A stretch of DNA of 64,000 bases from Cyanophora paradoxa CCMP329 (lineage: Eukaryota; Plantae; Glaucophyta). How positions within the stretch are numbered: position 1 is the stretch's first letter; every line of letters begins with the position of its first letter. The DNA is taken from the NCBI GenBank assembly GCA_004431415.1, contig QPMI01000260.1:1-64000 (forward strand), in the 5' to 3' direction. Under the pieces are notes generated by a model. It made no database searches and was not told where the DNA came from. It saw only the letters and a list, made by a program, of their open reading frames with translations. Below are positions 47,900 through 60,430 of this stretch, one piece after another. A program made the position numbers and the translations under genes.

Positions 47900-49319
47900 C
47901 TACGAGCCGAGCAGGCGCTTCGCGTCCACGCCCGTGCCGTAGCGGATGAAGATGCCCCTGCGAGAGGCCCCCTCGCTTTGAGGGCGGGGGCTAGGAGGCG
48001 AGCTCTGGTCAAGTGGCTAGGCCGTGTCGGGACTAGGCGGGGGGAGCAGCGATTGTGTATAGGCGTGCATAGACACAACACGCACCGCGCGGCGCCGCCG
48101 TCGCGGTCCGCCCGGAAGCCGCACCCGGGGCGGCACTCGAAGACCCTCTTCGAGCCGAGCCCGTAGTTGATCTTGCCGCACACCCCGCACGTCTTCGAGG
48201 TCCAGGCCTCGCAGACGAGCTGGAGCGTGCACGGCGGGTCCTCGTCCTTGGGGTGCCGCCGGACGGCGTGCTGCAGGAGCTGGCGGAACCTGCGCAAAAT
48301 AAGCATCAAGACCGCGTGGCAGAGGGAGTCGAAACGCAAGACCAGCGTACTCGTAGTGGCGGCAGTCGAGAGCCTGACGCGCCACCCACGGGAGCATCGC
48401 CCGCCCCTTGCGGGCGACCTGCAGGGGAAAGTGAGCGGAATTCCCGGGGCGGGCGCGCCGACAGAGCTCGCCGACCATCTGGCTGGTGCGGAACTCCGGC
48501 GCGATGACCATCCGAGCGTGCCCCGCGAGAAAACTACGTCGCGCGCCGTGCGTGGTTACGAAGAGTACATGATTCAGTGATCGGGGACGCGCACCGAACC
48601 CAGCGCCGAATGACCTCCGTCGCCTGGTTGCGCATGCGCGCGTAGCGCCGACGCCCCAGCGCCCGGAGGTGCCGGCGCGTGCCGTGGCGCGCTGCGCAAA
48701 GGGCTCAGCCGCCAAGGGCGCCAAAAAGACCGAAGGGCGTGGGCGCACGGTAGGTCCGCTCTGGCTTGCCGTAGCAGAGGCTGGGGCAGGGGCAGGCGGG
48801 CCGCGGCTCGGCGCGCAAGCCTCTTCTGAAGGTCGGGGGGGCCGACGGCGGCGGCTGCTCGGCGGCGTGCAGGCCCCTCTCACCAGGCGCCAGATTCTTC
48901 GCCTGTAGCTCCAGCTTCTTCGCCCAGTAGGCCGCCTCCCGCCTCGCCCGATCGGCATCGTGCTGCCGCATGCGTTCCTCCCTGCGCTCCTTCGCCGCCT
49001 CGTTGGACGAAAGTTGGACGAAAGTTGGACGAAAGTTGGACGAAAGTTGGACGAAAGTTGGACGAAAGTTGGACGTCGTAATCGCAACGTTAACGTTAAC
49101 TTAGTAACTTAGTAACTCTGATTCCGATCGTAATCGCAACCCTGATTCCGATCGTAATCGCAACCCTGATTCCGATCGTAATCGCAATCGGTCGTAATCG
49201 TAGCTCTAGCCAAGGCCTATCGTAATTCTGGGTCGTAATTCAAGGCCTATCGTAATTCTGGTTGCGGGGTTCTGGGTCGTAATCGTAGCTCTACCTATAC
49301 CTTTCTGTTTTCCCAGTCC
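47766..49319 (-). mobile_element. Fanzor2-carrying element (no transposase visible)
   Basis: Ends defined by the second copy at 5128-5600. The upstream part consists of ATTACGAT-type repeats and seven GTTGGACG(AAA) 11-mers. Confidence 0.82.
47900..48971 (-). CDS. Fanzor2 / IS607-TnpB-like nuclease, C-terminal half only (235 aa spliced, 5 introns)
   Basis: Introns at 48748-48692, 48594-48534, 48475-48419, 48350-48290 and 48085-47958 are all GT-AG and keep the frame. They give …RMRNQATEVIRRWVRFLAGHARMVIAPEFRTSQMV…HYEFRQLLQH…VCEAWTSKTCGVCG…LGSKRVFECRPGCGFRADRDGGAARGIF. No RuvC-I (DPG) segment is seen. Confidence 0.88.
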
Positions 49320-50099
49320 GCACGCGGGGGTCCGCCGATCATGGCATGATCATTCCTTCCGGGTCACCCGGGTAGCATTCCTTTCCGAAGTTCCCTCATA
49401 TGCATGAGCCTCGAGCTCGGAGTCATGATCCGATGATCATGATCAGTCACTGATCCGATGATCACGAGTGGCCCATGGCCAGTGGATCCGGATCCGATGA
49501 TCTAGATCTCGGAGGCTCATGGCGGGCTCGCCGACTCGGCGAGTCGGGCCCCCGGGCCCTCGGGGAATTCGAACGCCGCTGTGATCGATTATCCGTTCAA
49601 CGGTTGAACTCCGGAACTTAGTAGTGGTACTACGGTAATTCAAATTAAAACGATTAACTAAGTGACGCCCGGCCGCCGGGCCGCGGCCGCCGGGCCGCGC
49701 GCGGGGCGTAGATTCAATGATTTCCGAAGTTCAACTTGACCATGCTGGTCCATGCACACCGTGGCACTGTACGTGACTCTGTGACAATGCTTCAAGGCTT
49801 TTATGATCCGAGGCCCTGGGCTACTAGGCCCGAGGCTAATTATAAGTTCCCGGCCCGGCCCGGCGGGTCGAGGCCCGGGGAGCGTATCCCCCCCCCCCCC
49901 CCCCCCCCCTCCCCCCGCATCCGATGATCGCGTATCCGACGGTCTCGTCAAAATGCCATCATGGCATGATCCGATCATGCCATGATGATGCAAATTTTTA
50001 TTCGAGGCCTTCGAGGCTTCTGTATGTACACGCGGCGCGCCATCGTTCAAGCAGGCCCAGGTCACTGAGAGTTAAAAGCGGGAAGCTCGACGCGTACGG

Positions 50100-53000
50100 A
50101 CGCTCAGGATGCGGGCGCGGCATAGAAGCGCTGGACCGCGAAGGCCGGGGGCGGGCGGGGCCGGCGGGGAGCCCCGGCGGGGCAGGGAGCCGCGCAGCTG
50201 CGAGGGAGGCGGCGAGGGGTGGCTGGGGGGGCGGGGCGGCGGCGGCGAGGGGCCGGAGGGCCGGCTCGGTTTCGGCCCTTTTGAGACGTCAGTAAGTATT
50301 AAACGAAATCACGTTAGCGCTGAAAACAAACTGAAGATGAAGGCAGTGGAAGGGGTACGAACCAGGCGCGGAGGGCGTCGGAGGCGTGGCGGGTTGCGGT
50401 GCGGGCGTGGAGCAGGAGGGTCTCCCGTAGCTCGGCCCCCGTCTCGCGCTGCAGGCGGGCCACCTCCTCCCCCAGCGCCCCCTCGAACGCGTCCAGCGCC
50501 CGCGTCGCCTCCACCCACGCCTGGCCCCGCGTCACTCCCGCCCCGCCCGACTCGCACGCCGCTCCGCGCCTGCCACGCACCGCGCCTTCCTTGCAGAGGT
50601 CCAGCTCCACGGTCCGCGCCCGGCGCGCCGCGCGCTCCTGCAGCTGCGGGGCGGGTGGGGGCGGCGGCGGGGCGGGGCAGGGACGGCGGTGCGGACGGAG
50701 GCCTCGGAGGCCTGCGGGGCGGGTGAGGGGGGCGGCGAAGCGAGGCGGGCGCGGCGGGGCGGACGAAGGCGTCGGCGAGGAGGTCCGTCACCGCGTACTG
50801 GCCCGTCGACGAAATCTGGCCGAGCGAAGACGGCCGGCTCAGCCTCCGCGCGGCCGGCGGCGGAGCGGCGGGCGCACCCTCGTGAGCCGATACCGGTCGA
50901 GGTCGACGCGGGCGGCCGCCCTGTTCGCCGCCAGGCGCAGCGCCTCGTGCTCTTCCTGCGCGTGCTGCCGGCCCCCGCGCGTCGGCCTGCACCGGCGTGC
51001 GAGCGCAGCGCAGCGCCGCGGCGGGCACCAGCGCGCTGCGACCCAGGAGGGCGTAGTCGTAGAACTGCGCCTTAGCTCCGTCTCCACCGCCGCCGCCTGC
51101 AGACCGGTCGCGGCGGCAAGCTGCGAGCGGGTCCGGCGCCGGCGGGGCGCACGAGGGCGGCGTCGAGCTGCCCGCAGCGCCGGTAGGCCGACGCGAGGAC
51201 GGCGAGGCCGCGCGCCGTCGCAGCGGCCGGCGTAAAGGCGGCCTCGGGGGCCGAGGGCCAGGCCTCAAGGGCGGCGGCGACCTCCTCTTCGGCGGCCGCC
51301 ACGGCGACCCGCGCCTGCGCCAGCGTCCGCAGCGCCCCGAGCGCCTGCGTTGCCTCAGCCGCCCCGCCCCCGGGCGCCACCGGGCGGGCGGGGCGGACGG
51401 TGAGGGAGGCAGACTCGAGGCCCCGCACGTAGTCCAACGCCGGTGTCGTCGGGCCAGCCGCACCGAACCCCCGGCCCCGCCCCCGCGCCTGGCTCTGGTC
51501 CGGGTTGTTCACCACCCTGCCCAGCGCGGGCCACATTGTAAGGGGGCGGGCGCGCGGCTCTCAGACGAAAGTCCCTCACCGATCGATCTTGGCGGCGAGG
51601 GAGGAGCGCGGCTTGACGCTCTGGGGAGGGAGGGGGATGGAGGGCTCGGGCGCGCTGCAGGAGGCCCTCCAGGCGGGGAGGCGCACGGTGTCCATGTGCT
51701 GCTGGGTGAGGAACGCGTGCAGCTCCCGCGTGTACCGCAGCCGCGGGTGCGACGCCACCCGCAGCAGGAACCTGGCCCCCGCCCGCCCCGCCCCGTCAGC
51801 GAGGGGCGGACGCCCTGGGGCCCGCGCCCGAGCCCAGCCGGCGTGCCGCTCGAGGAGGAATCGTTCCTGTGAGAGCCTGTCAAAGCTCTCCGGGGCTGGC
51901 AGGTTCCAAGAGACATCAGGGGTTGAGCACCTCTTCAGCAACCATCCCGCCGCTCCGACCCCAAGCTGCGCCGCGTGATCATGAGTTCGAGCCAAACTAC
52001 TTGCAAAAGGTTTCATGCACCCGAACGCAGCGAGTTGTCGGGGAAAGGGATTAGGATGAACGGATACGTCGCCCTATCCGGAGCGGGAGGGGAAAAGGTC
52101 AATGTCGGCGGCTCTGGGGCCTCTGGCAGGCGAAGGCCGGCAGCCGTTCACCGCAGCTGGTCGTTGAGCACGGCGAACTCCTGCCTCGAGGTGTCAGGGA
52201 GCACGCAAACCTACATGCGCATGCACGACGCTGCAGCAATTCCGGGCGGCCCGGATGGCACCTGGAAGCTCCTCCGAACGGAGAACGTCGCGGCCGAGGC
52301 CGAACCGCCGTACGGGGAGAAAAGATAGGGAGGCGGGCCTTGCTGCACGACAAAGGCAGGCAGATTTGTCTGCGCATGCTGTCACGCAAGCCGCGCTGTT
52401 GCGTGCATATCCCCACTCGGATGCACCAAGCACTGCACTTCGAAGATCGAAGCGGCTTTGCGGCCAGTGCCGATCGAAAGGGGCCCGACCACCCGCAGCT
52501 GTACCGGCGGTCAGACTCTGAGAGCTTCGAAGGCGGACCGGGGGCATTAACCTCCAGCCGGTATGGCTGCTCCCGCTCCTGCGCGTGGTCTGATATCGAT
52601 GGCGAACCGTGGCCTCGTGGCGGGATCTCGATAGCGCACGAAAACATTGGGGGCCACCGGAGCGAGCTGCATCTGCACTTGGTCTCGCATTGAGCCCAGC
52701 CCGGACACCACAAACGATTGCGATGGCGCCGGGAAGCTGCCGGCGGGCATTTCGGAGCGGACGAAAGCGCCCGCGGGCGTTTGATACGTGCTTGGGGGGC
52801 TTTCGACAAAGTACGCCGGTGCTCTTTGCGGAGTTGCCCACCTTTGCGCTGACTCCGACTCTGTTCGAAATGCCAAATGAATCAGGGGCCAGGTGGATCA
52901 GCTTGGGTGCCGGGCGGACCAAATACGGGGGCCGGGCGTAGAGCTTCGGCGGTGCGTTCGCGCTCGAACGATGCGCTGCGCACGTTTTGCTCCGCTTCTG

Positions 53001-53413
53001 CGCGAGCCTGGCCCTTGGCCTCGGCTTCAAGCGAAAGCGAGTCCGGCTCGGCGATCTCCTCAATCCGCGGCGCGGCGCGAGCGCGCGAAGCGTTATCGGC
53101 CGCCTGCGCATCTACGGCGCCGGCCTGCGCATCCATGGCGCCGGCCTGCGCGCCGGCAAAACAGTCGAGTTTGTTGATCGTTGGACGGAAACAGGCAAAC
53201 AGGCAAAATTGCAGACAACGCAAAGGCACACTCGCGAACCTGCTTGAACTGCTTGCGGTCGCGCGCATGCTGCGGCGGGGTTCTGCGCGGGCCGTCGATG
53301 CGCCCGCGGGCCGAGTCGCGCTCTCGCGCCTGCCAGAGCGCCGCAAGACTTGCAAAATCGCTCGAGCCCTCGCGCGGCTCGCTGGGCGTGATCTCGATGC
53401 CGTCTTTCTCCAT
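50100..53413 (-). CDS. PX-domain sorting nexin (probable PX-BAR), multi-exon
   Basis: EFAVLNDQLR, PPAP and FLLRVASHPRLRYTRELHAFL (PX signature), followed by helical exons. Both ends approximate. Confidence 0.6.
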
Positions 53414-53489
53414 TAGACGTGGTTGGACGTCGACGGTTGAGAGATGATGCGTCGCTCTGTACCCCCCAGTGCCACAGTGACACAGAATA

Positions 53490-54376
53490 ATGGAGACCTC
53501 GAGCTCCTTCGTCGCAGCCGGAGGGGTCGCGTTCGGCGCGGCGCGTCTTTCCCGCGCTGTCCCAGCCGCGGGCCGCACTATCGCGAACCGCATCGTCTCA
53601 GGCGCGCGGACCGTCTCAGCGCCGGCGGCCGTGAAAAGCGCGGCTCTCTCGCAACCTCTGCGCGGCTCGTTCTTCGGAGGAGTTGAGCCGGCGCGCCGGT
53701 GGCTCGTTCCTAAACCGACCGCCGCCTCTTCCAGGTGCTGGTTCTCTTCCCCACGTGCCGCCGCGACCAGTGACCCCCTTGCAGGCGCTTCTTCATCGTT
53801 TCTCAAGCGCCTGCTGGCGCTTCGACTGCTCCCTCGCCAACCGGTGCGCTTGCACGTGCTCCTTGTGTGCTCTCCCTTCTTTTTAAGAATCTGACGGCCA
53901 TTTCAGATGCACCGGCAATCGGCACGCGGAAGCACGGCTTCAAGCTTGAGCGTGCGGAGTATATCAAGGAGCTCGACACGCAAGCGCTCGTGTGGGTTCA
54001 TGAGAAGACCGGCGCGGAACTCCTCAGGTCCGCCCCCTACCTCTGCCCAGCGGTCCGCGGCTCACGCGGGCGGGCAGCCTGATCAACAACGACGAGAACA
54101 AGGTCCCGCGTGTGCTTTGATTTCACGTTACAAGTCTAACTTCGATTCCATGTTAATCAAGGTCTTCGGCGCCGTCTTCCGAACTCCCCCCAAGGACAGC
54201 ACTGGCGTGCCCCACATCCTCGAGCACAGCGTTCTCTGCGGGTCAAGGAAGTACCCCACGAAGGTGAATATTATAAGCCCGTAAACGCTCAGGCATCGGA
54301 CTCAACGATCTGTGTGCAGGAGCCGTTCGTCGAGCTTCTCAAGGGCTCCCTCCAGGTGCCTGAGCTTTCCCGCCGG

Positions 54377-54412
<36 letters not shown>

Positions 54413-57400
54413 ACACACACACCACCACCACCACCACCACCCACCACCCCAACCCCCACCCTTTCCTTCTCGTCGACATGATCATACTCGTCCCTCGCTA
54501 ACTCTCCCTGACCCTGGGGCAGACATTCCTCAACGCCTTCACTTTTCCAGACAAAACATGCTACCCCGTCGCTTCATGCAACACGCAGGTGCGGTGGGCT
54601 GTATTCGGTTGGGGGGATTCATACGACTAGGGGAATTTATCCGGGCGTGTGACAACTCGTGTGCTAATGCACTTCGGCAGGACTTCCGCAACTTGGTGCG
54701 TCACGGCGTGTTCACTGTCGCCCTCCGCCTGTTAGAGCCTTATCCGCCCCCCGCAAGGTCGACGTCTACCTCGATGCGGTCTTCTTCCCCAACTGCGTGA
54801 AGGACCCCCTCGTGCTCAAACAGGAGGGTGCGCGCGCCGGTCGGCCCCGCGGGGCGCGCGCCGAGGCGGCTGCAGGGTGGCACTTGGAGGCGGAGTCTGA
54901 GGAGGCGCCGCTGACCTACAAGGGGGTCGTCTTCAACGAGATGAAGGGCGTCTACTCCAGCCCGGACTCGGTCCTCTCCTCCGAGTCCATGGTCCGCCCC
55001 GCCTCGCCCCGCCCCCCGCCGCCCCTCTCAGCCGGCCCCGCAGCGCCGCCTCTTCCCCGACACCACGTACGGTCCGCGGCCGACGCACCCATAGCCGCCG
55101 CCTCGCCTCCGGTTCCGCCGCCGACCGGACGTACAGGGGTCGAGTCTGGCGGCGACCCGCGCTCGACGTCGGCGTCCAACATCTGCGACCTGTGCGCCGG
55201 GGCGGGGCGGGGCGGGGCGGGGCGGGGCGGGGCGGGGTGGGGCGGGGGGCGGGGAGGGGGCTGACGGGGCGCAGGACCTTCGAGCAGTTCAAGGCGTTCC
55301 ACGAGGAGTTCTACCACCCCTCAAACGCTCGGTGACCTCCACCGCCCACTTCTTTTACCGCCCCTGACATCCCGCGGTTTCTTCCACACAGCCTCTTCTT
55401 CTATGGCGACTTCGACGCCGACGAGCGGCTTACGATTCTGGACGAGTACCTGTCTCAGTTCGAGCGGATCGCGCCGAGCAGCGAGATCGGCCTGCAGGCC
55501 AAGTGGTCGGCCCCGCGCCGCGTCGAGGAACTCTACGACGCCGGCGACAACGCCGCCGCCGCCAAGGCCTTCGTGACGATGTGCGGCCCGCGCCCCGCGC
55601 CCCCGCGCCCCGCGCCGAGGCGGCCACAGGCAGTGGCTGCTCCCCGAGGTGACCGACTTCAAGCTCGGCCTCGCGCTCGAGGTGCGGCGGGGCGCCCCGG
55701 GGCGGGGGCGCGGCGATGCGACGGGCGGGGGCAGATCCTCGCCGACGTGCTCCTGGGCACGCCGGCCTCGCCGCTGCGCAAGGCCCTCATCGACTCGGGC
55801 CTCGGCGAGGACGTCACCAGCGTGCGGGCCCCCCCTCTCTTCTCTTCCTCTCCCCCGGGGGGCCCTCCGCGACGCGGACCGGGGCGCAGGGCGGGCTGGA
55901 GAGCGAGCTGCGGCAGATGTACTTCTCCACAGGCCTCAAGGGCGTCAAGCCCGAGGACATCCCAGTGCGGCCGCCCGCCCCCACACCCCCGCCCCGTGCG
56001 AGGCGCCGCGCAGCGCGTGGAGGAGCTCATCCTGGAGACGCTCAAGTCGCTCGCGGCGCGCGGGCTGGACCCCGCCGACGTGCAGGCCTCGCTGAACACC
56101 ACCGAGTTCCAGCTGCGGGAGAACAACACGGGCTCCTTCCCCCGCGGCCTCTCGCTGCTGCTGCGCTCCCTCTCCACGTGGCTCTACGGCGGCGACTGCC
56201 TCGCGCCTCTGAAGTACGAGGAGCCTCTCGCGTGGCTGAAGGAGCGGATTGCCGGGGGGCGCTTCTTCGAGGGCCTCATCGAGGAGCACCTGCTCAAGAA
56301 CCCGCACCGCCTCGCCTTCGTCCTCAAGCCCGACTCCACCATCGGCGCCAAGGAGGAGGCCCGCCCGCCCCGCCCCGGCCCCGGCCCTGCGCCCCGCCCC
56401 CGCGACGCCCACACGCAGGAGGCCGAGCGGCGGCGCCTCGAGAAGGCGAAGGAGGCGCTCGGGGCGGAGGGCATGCGGCGGACCGTCCAGGAGACCGAGG
56501 AGCTGCGCAAGAAGCAGGACACGCCCGACACAGAGGAGGCGCTAGCAAGTTCGTGCTCGTTGCATTCATTTAGCCTCAAGGCCCAGCGAATATCCCCCGC
56601 CTCGCCAACATCTATGCCCACGCAGGCATACCTATGCTGGGGCTGAAGGATTTGGATCCGAAGGTGCCCCGCCGCGCATCTTGCAGCCAGGGCCGGCGCC
56701 GAGGGGGACGCAGATCAAGAGCATCCCGACGCGGAAGCTGACGAGCTCCGGGGTGACCGTGCTGCAGGTGGGTGGAGGGTGAGGGGGCTCGGGTGGGGCG
56801 GGGCGTGAGGGGGCCTCCTGGCGGGGCGCAGCACGACCTCTTCACGAACGACATTCTGTACCTGGTACGTACGCGGGTCGGACCTACTGCCGAGCTCGCA
56901 TACCCCCCCCCCCGGTAATACTAACTCTAGAGCTCCAGGCCCTTGCAGTAATCCAGAAATTTAGAGTCCAACGGACACCGCCATGCCCCGTGCAGTAATC
57001 CAGTAATCTAGAGTACTCAGTATAGTGTGCTCCGGGGGCCGGTATACGTAAATCCCGCGCCCGTGCAGTACTCCAGTAATCTAGACCGTCGGACCGCCAT
57101 GCCCCGTGCAGTAATCCAGTACTCAGTATAGTATGCTCTGCCCCCCGTGCCGCGCCCATGCAGTAATCCAGAAATCTAGAGTCTGACGGTCACCGCCAGG
57201 ACCTCGCCCTCGACATCTCCCGCGTCCCGGCAAGTATTTTAATCACCTCAGCTATTTGCTGCTATCATGCAATGTTTGCTCAGAAAAAAAAGACATCGTG
57301 CTTACTTTTTTACTTTTTTTATAGGCAGCCGACCTCCCCCTCCTCAATGTCTTCTCCCGCGCCCTCCTCCAGGCCCGCCCGCCCCGCCCGCCCCGTCGCG

Positions 57401-59204
57401 CTCCAGGCGCGAGCCCCCCGCAGATGGGCACCTCAAAGGAGAACTTCGTGCAGCTGAGCCAGCGCATCGGGCAGCGCACCGGCGGGAGTGCGCCGCCGCC
57501 GGCCTCGCCCCGCCGGCCCCGGCCCTGACGCCGCTGCAGTCAAGACGTCGACGTTCACGTCGGCGGGGAGCATGGGGGGCCCCCCGCAGACGTGGCTGAT
57601 GGTGCGCGGCAAGGCGATGCGGAGCGAGGCCGGCGAGCTGCTCGACGTGCTGCGCGAGGTCATCCCTTCGATCGCTCTGTGAACCGACCGGGCCCTCTTG
57701 AGCGGTCGGGGCCGGATGCAGGTCCTCACGGATCTCCGGCTGGACGACCCCGCGCGCTTCAAGCAGATCCTCCTCGAGCAGAAGGCGCCCCGCCCTTGAT
57801 TCGCCCCTTGACCTTGCCCCCTGAATATTCAAGCGCAGGCCGCCCTCGAAGCGCGCCTGGTACCCGCTGGCCACACGCTGGCCGGGCAGCGACTTGCGGC
57901 CTGCTTCAGCGCGGCGGATTGGGCGGCGGAGCAGCTCGGCGGCATCTCGCAGCTGGCCTTCCTGCGGTGGGCGGCCCGCCGGCGGGCGGGGCGCGGGGGG
58001 CGACGGTGCCGGCAGGGCCCTCTCGGAGAAGGTGGATCGAGAGTGGGGCGACGTGCTGGCGGCCCTCAAGCGGGTGCAGGCGGCCCTCGTGGACCGCTCC
58101 TCCATGATTGGTGCGGGGCGCCCCGGGGGGCTCCGACCGGGCCGGCCCGGCGCGGCGCGGCCCGACACGGCCCGCAGCGAATGTAACCCTCGACGACGCC
58201 GGCTTCGCCCAGTTCGCCCCCCAGGTCCCCAGCCCCCTCCTTCCTCCCCCCGCCCCCCCGTGACCCTCGCCCAGCTCGACGCGATGCTGGCGTCGCTGCC
58301 GGAGGGGGCGCCGCGCGGGGCCGTGTGGACGCCGAGCCTGCTGGCGGGCGGCGAGGGCTTCTGCATCCCCGCCCAGGTCGGCTACGTCGGCAAGAGCGCC
58401 AACCTCTACGACCTCGGCTACCAGCTCGACGGCAGCGCCCTCGCCATCTCCAACTTCTTGTCCTCTGGCTACCTCTGGCTCGCTCCCCGCCCTGCGCCCC
58501 CTCGCCGCCCCTGACGGCGCGCAGGAACGAGGTGCGAGTGCAGGGCGGCGCCTACGGCGGCTTCTGCCGCTTCGACCCGCGCTCCGGCGTCTTCACCTTC
58601 CGTGCGCGGGGCGCGGGGCGCGTGTGCGGCGCTGGGCGCAGTCGAGGCGGGCGCAGTGAGCTACCGGGACCCGAACCTGCTGCGGACGCTGGGGGCGTAC
58701 GACGGGGCGGCGGAGCACCTGCGGACGGTGGATCTCTCGGAGCAGGCCCTCACGCAGGCCGTCCTCGGCACCTTCGGCGACCTCGACGCCTACCAGCTCC
58801 CCGACGCCAAGGGCATGTGCGCCCCCAGGGAGCCCGCCAGCCTAGCCGCCCGCCCCCCGCGCGCGCGGCCCCGTCTCGTACACGCGCGTCCTGACTCACC
58901 TACGCGTCGCCGCGAGCACATCAGGACGGCATTCGTTCGCCACGTGGTCGGAGACACGGACGAGTACCGGCAGCGCATCCGCGACCAGGTCCGCGGGGCC
59001 TCCGCCAAGCAGTTCCGCGAGTTCGGGGACGTCATGGCGGAAGTGGCGAAGCAGGGCAAGGTCCGCCAGCCCCCGCCGCGGCCCCGCCGGCCGGCGGCCG
59101 GCCAACCGCGGGGCGCGTAGGTCGTCGTCATCGGGAACAAGGACTCCATCGAGAAGGCGAACACCGAGAAGGGAGCTCCCTTCCTCAAGCCCATCCAGCT
59201 CTAG
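53490..59204 (+). CDS. PREP: Presequence protease (M16C, PreP) with organellar transit peptide
   Basis: Motifs [81 protein letters not shown] and SYRDPNL. N-terminus [12 protein letters not shown]. Confidence 0.95.
56865..57199. repeat. Expanded PreP intron with five degenerate TGCAGTA(A/C)TCCAG-led repeats
   Basis: 335-nt intron, against about 50 nt typical. Motif at about 56944, 56991, 57064, 57107 and 57159. Confidence 0.75.
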
Positions 59205-59862
59205 ACCTCTTTGCCGCGCGCAGTGCTTCTCTCTTGTATGTTGTACAATTCGACGAGTTCTGAGAGATATCGATCTAGAAGTTCGGCCATGTACACGTGC
59301 AACGTTAACCGTACGCGTACGCGCAGCGCGCGCACTGCAGCTGCGGCACGCGCCGGCTGAGCGCCTCGTACGCGCGTACGAGGCTGCGGGAACCATTATT
59401 AAGTGAACTGATACTAGTGCACATTGATAACACTGGCATGCTAGCCGCGGACAACGCAGGCTAGAAGCGGCGGTGCTAACTACGGGGGCGAGAAGCCGCG
59501 GACGACGCAGGCAGGGCCCTCTGAAGGGGGGCGCGCAACTTCCCCCTGGGGGTTCCTACAAACTACGATGGGGACGAGGGGGGGCCTGCCGCGGCGGGGC
59601 CCGCAGGTCTAGGCGAAGACGGAGGTAGCTAGGCCGAGGGAGGAAGCACCAAGAACGGACTCCGGTGCCGGGGCACCGGCCGCCGCCGGGGCATGCGCAG
59701 CTGCAGCCGGCGCCGGAGAGGGGAGCGGCCCGAGCGGGGCGAGCCGCACGGGCTTCATCCTCCGCCCCGCGTCCACGCCGGAGAAGAAGCGCAGGGCGAT
59801 GTTCTTGCGGAAAGAAGCATATTAGAGGGGCCGCCGGGCCAAGTATCGTGGGAATCGCTATC

Positions 59863-60075
59863 AGCTATGATTACGATCGTAACTACGGCCCAGAATTACG
59901 ATCGGACTCTAGGGGCCAAGTACCGCGGGGCCAGGTGAGCTATGATTACGATCGTAACTACGGCCCAGAATTACGATCGGACTCTAGGGGCCAAGTACCG
60001 CGGGGCCAGGTGAGCTATGATTACGATCGTAACTACGGCCCAGAATTACGATCGGACTCTAGGGGCCAGTACCGC
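59863..60075. repeat. 75-bp tandem repeat, about 2.9 copies
   Basis: AGCTATGATTACGATCGTAACTACGGCCCAGAATTACGATCGGACTCTAGGGGCC… starts at 59863, 59938 and 60013. Confidence 0.93.
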
Positions 60076-60317
60076 AGCGCGCGGAGGTCGTTGACCTTGT
60101 AATTGAACCAATTGTCGATCTATAGCTAGTGTCTCAGCGCGGCGCCTCTCGACATCGCGTCACGGACGCGCGCCTGCCGCTTGCCGCAGTGCGCTTCTCA
60201 TCTACGCTCGCCCGGACCTTGGCTCGAGCACATTCTCCTACATTCTTTGCGAACACCAAGGAGCGCACAGTGGTCGCCTGGAGCTCGGCTCGTGCACGTT
60301 GCATCCGCGGCCACACA

Positions 60318-60430
60318 ATGCTCCGTCAGCTCTACGAGTCCTCGTTACGCAAACTCTACGCCTGGATCCTCTCGTTGTTCTTCAAGACGGAGCTCGAGAA
60401 AATGCTGGGAAAACGACATTGACACAGTGC
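60318..60430 (+). pseudogene. ARL8: 5' fragment of an ARL8-like small GTPase with an internal deletion
   Basis: …YAWILSLFFKTELE is followed out of frame by NAGKTTL. The intervening LxLxGL segment is missing and no downstream exons are seen. Confidence 0.7.

Noticed and set aside
56940-57190. Repeat-spacer pattern in the PreP intron as a CRISPR array
   Set aside because: The repeats are degenerate, spacing is irregular, the spacers resemble each other, and no cas genes are present.
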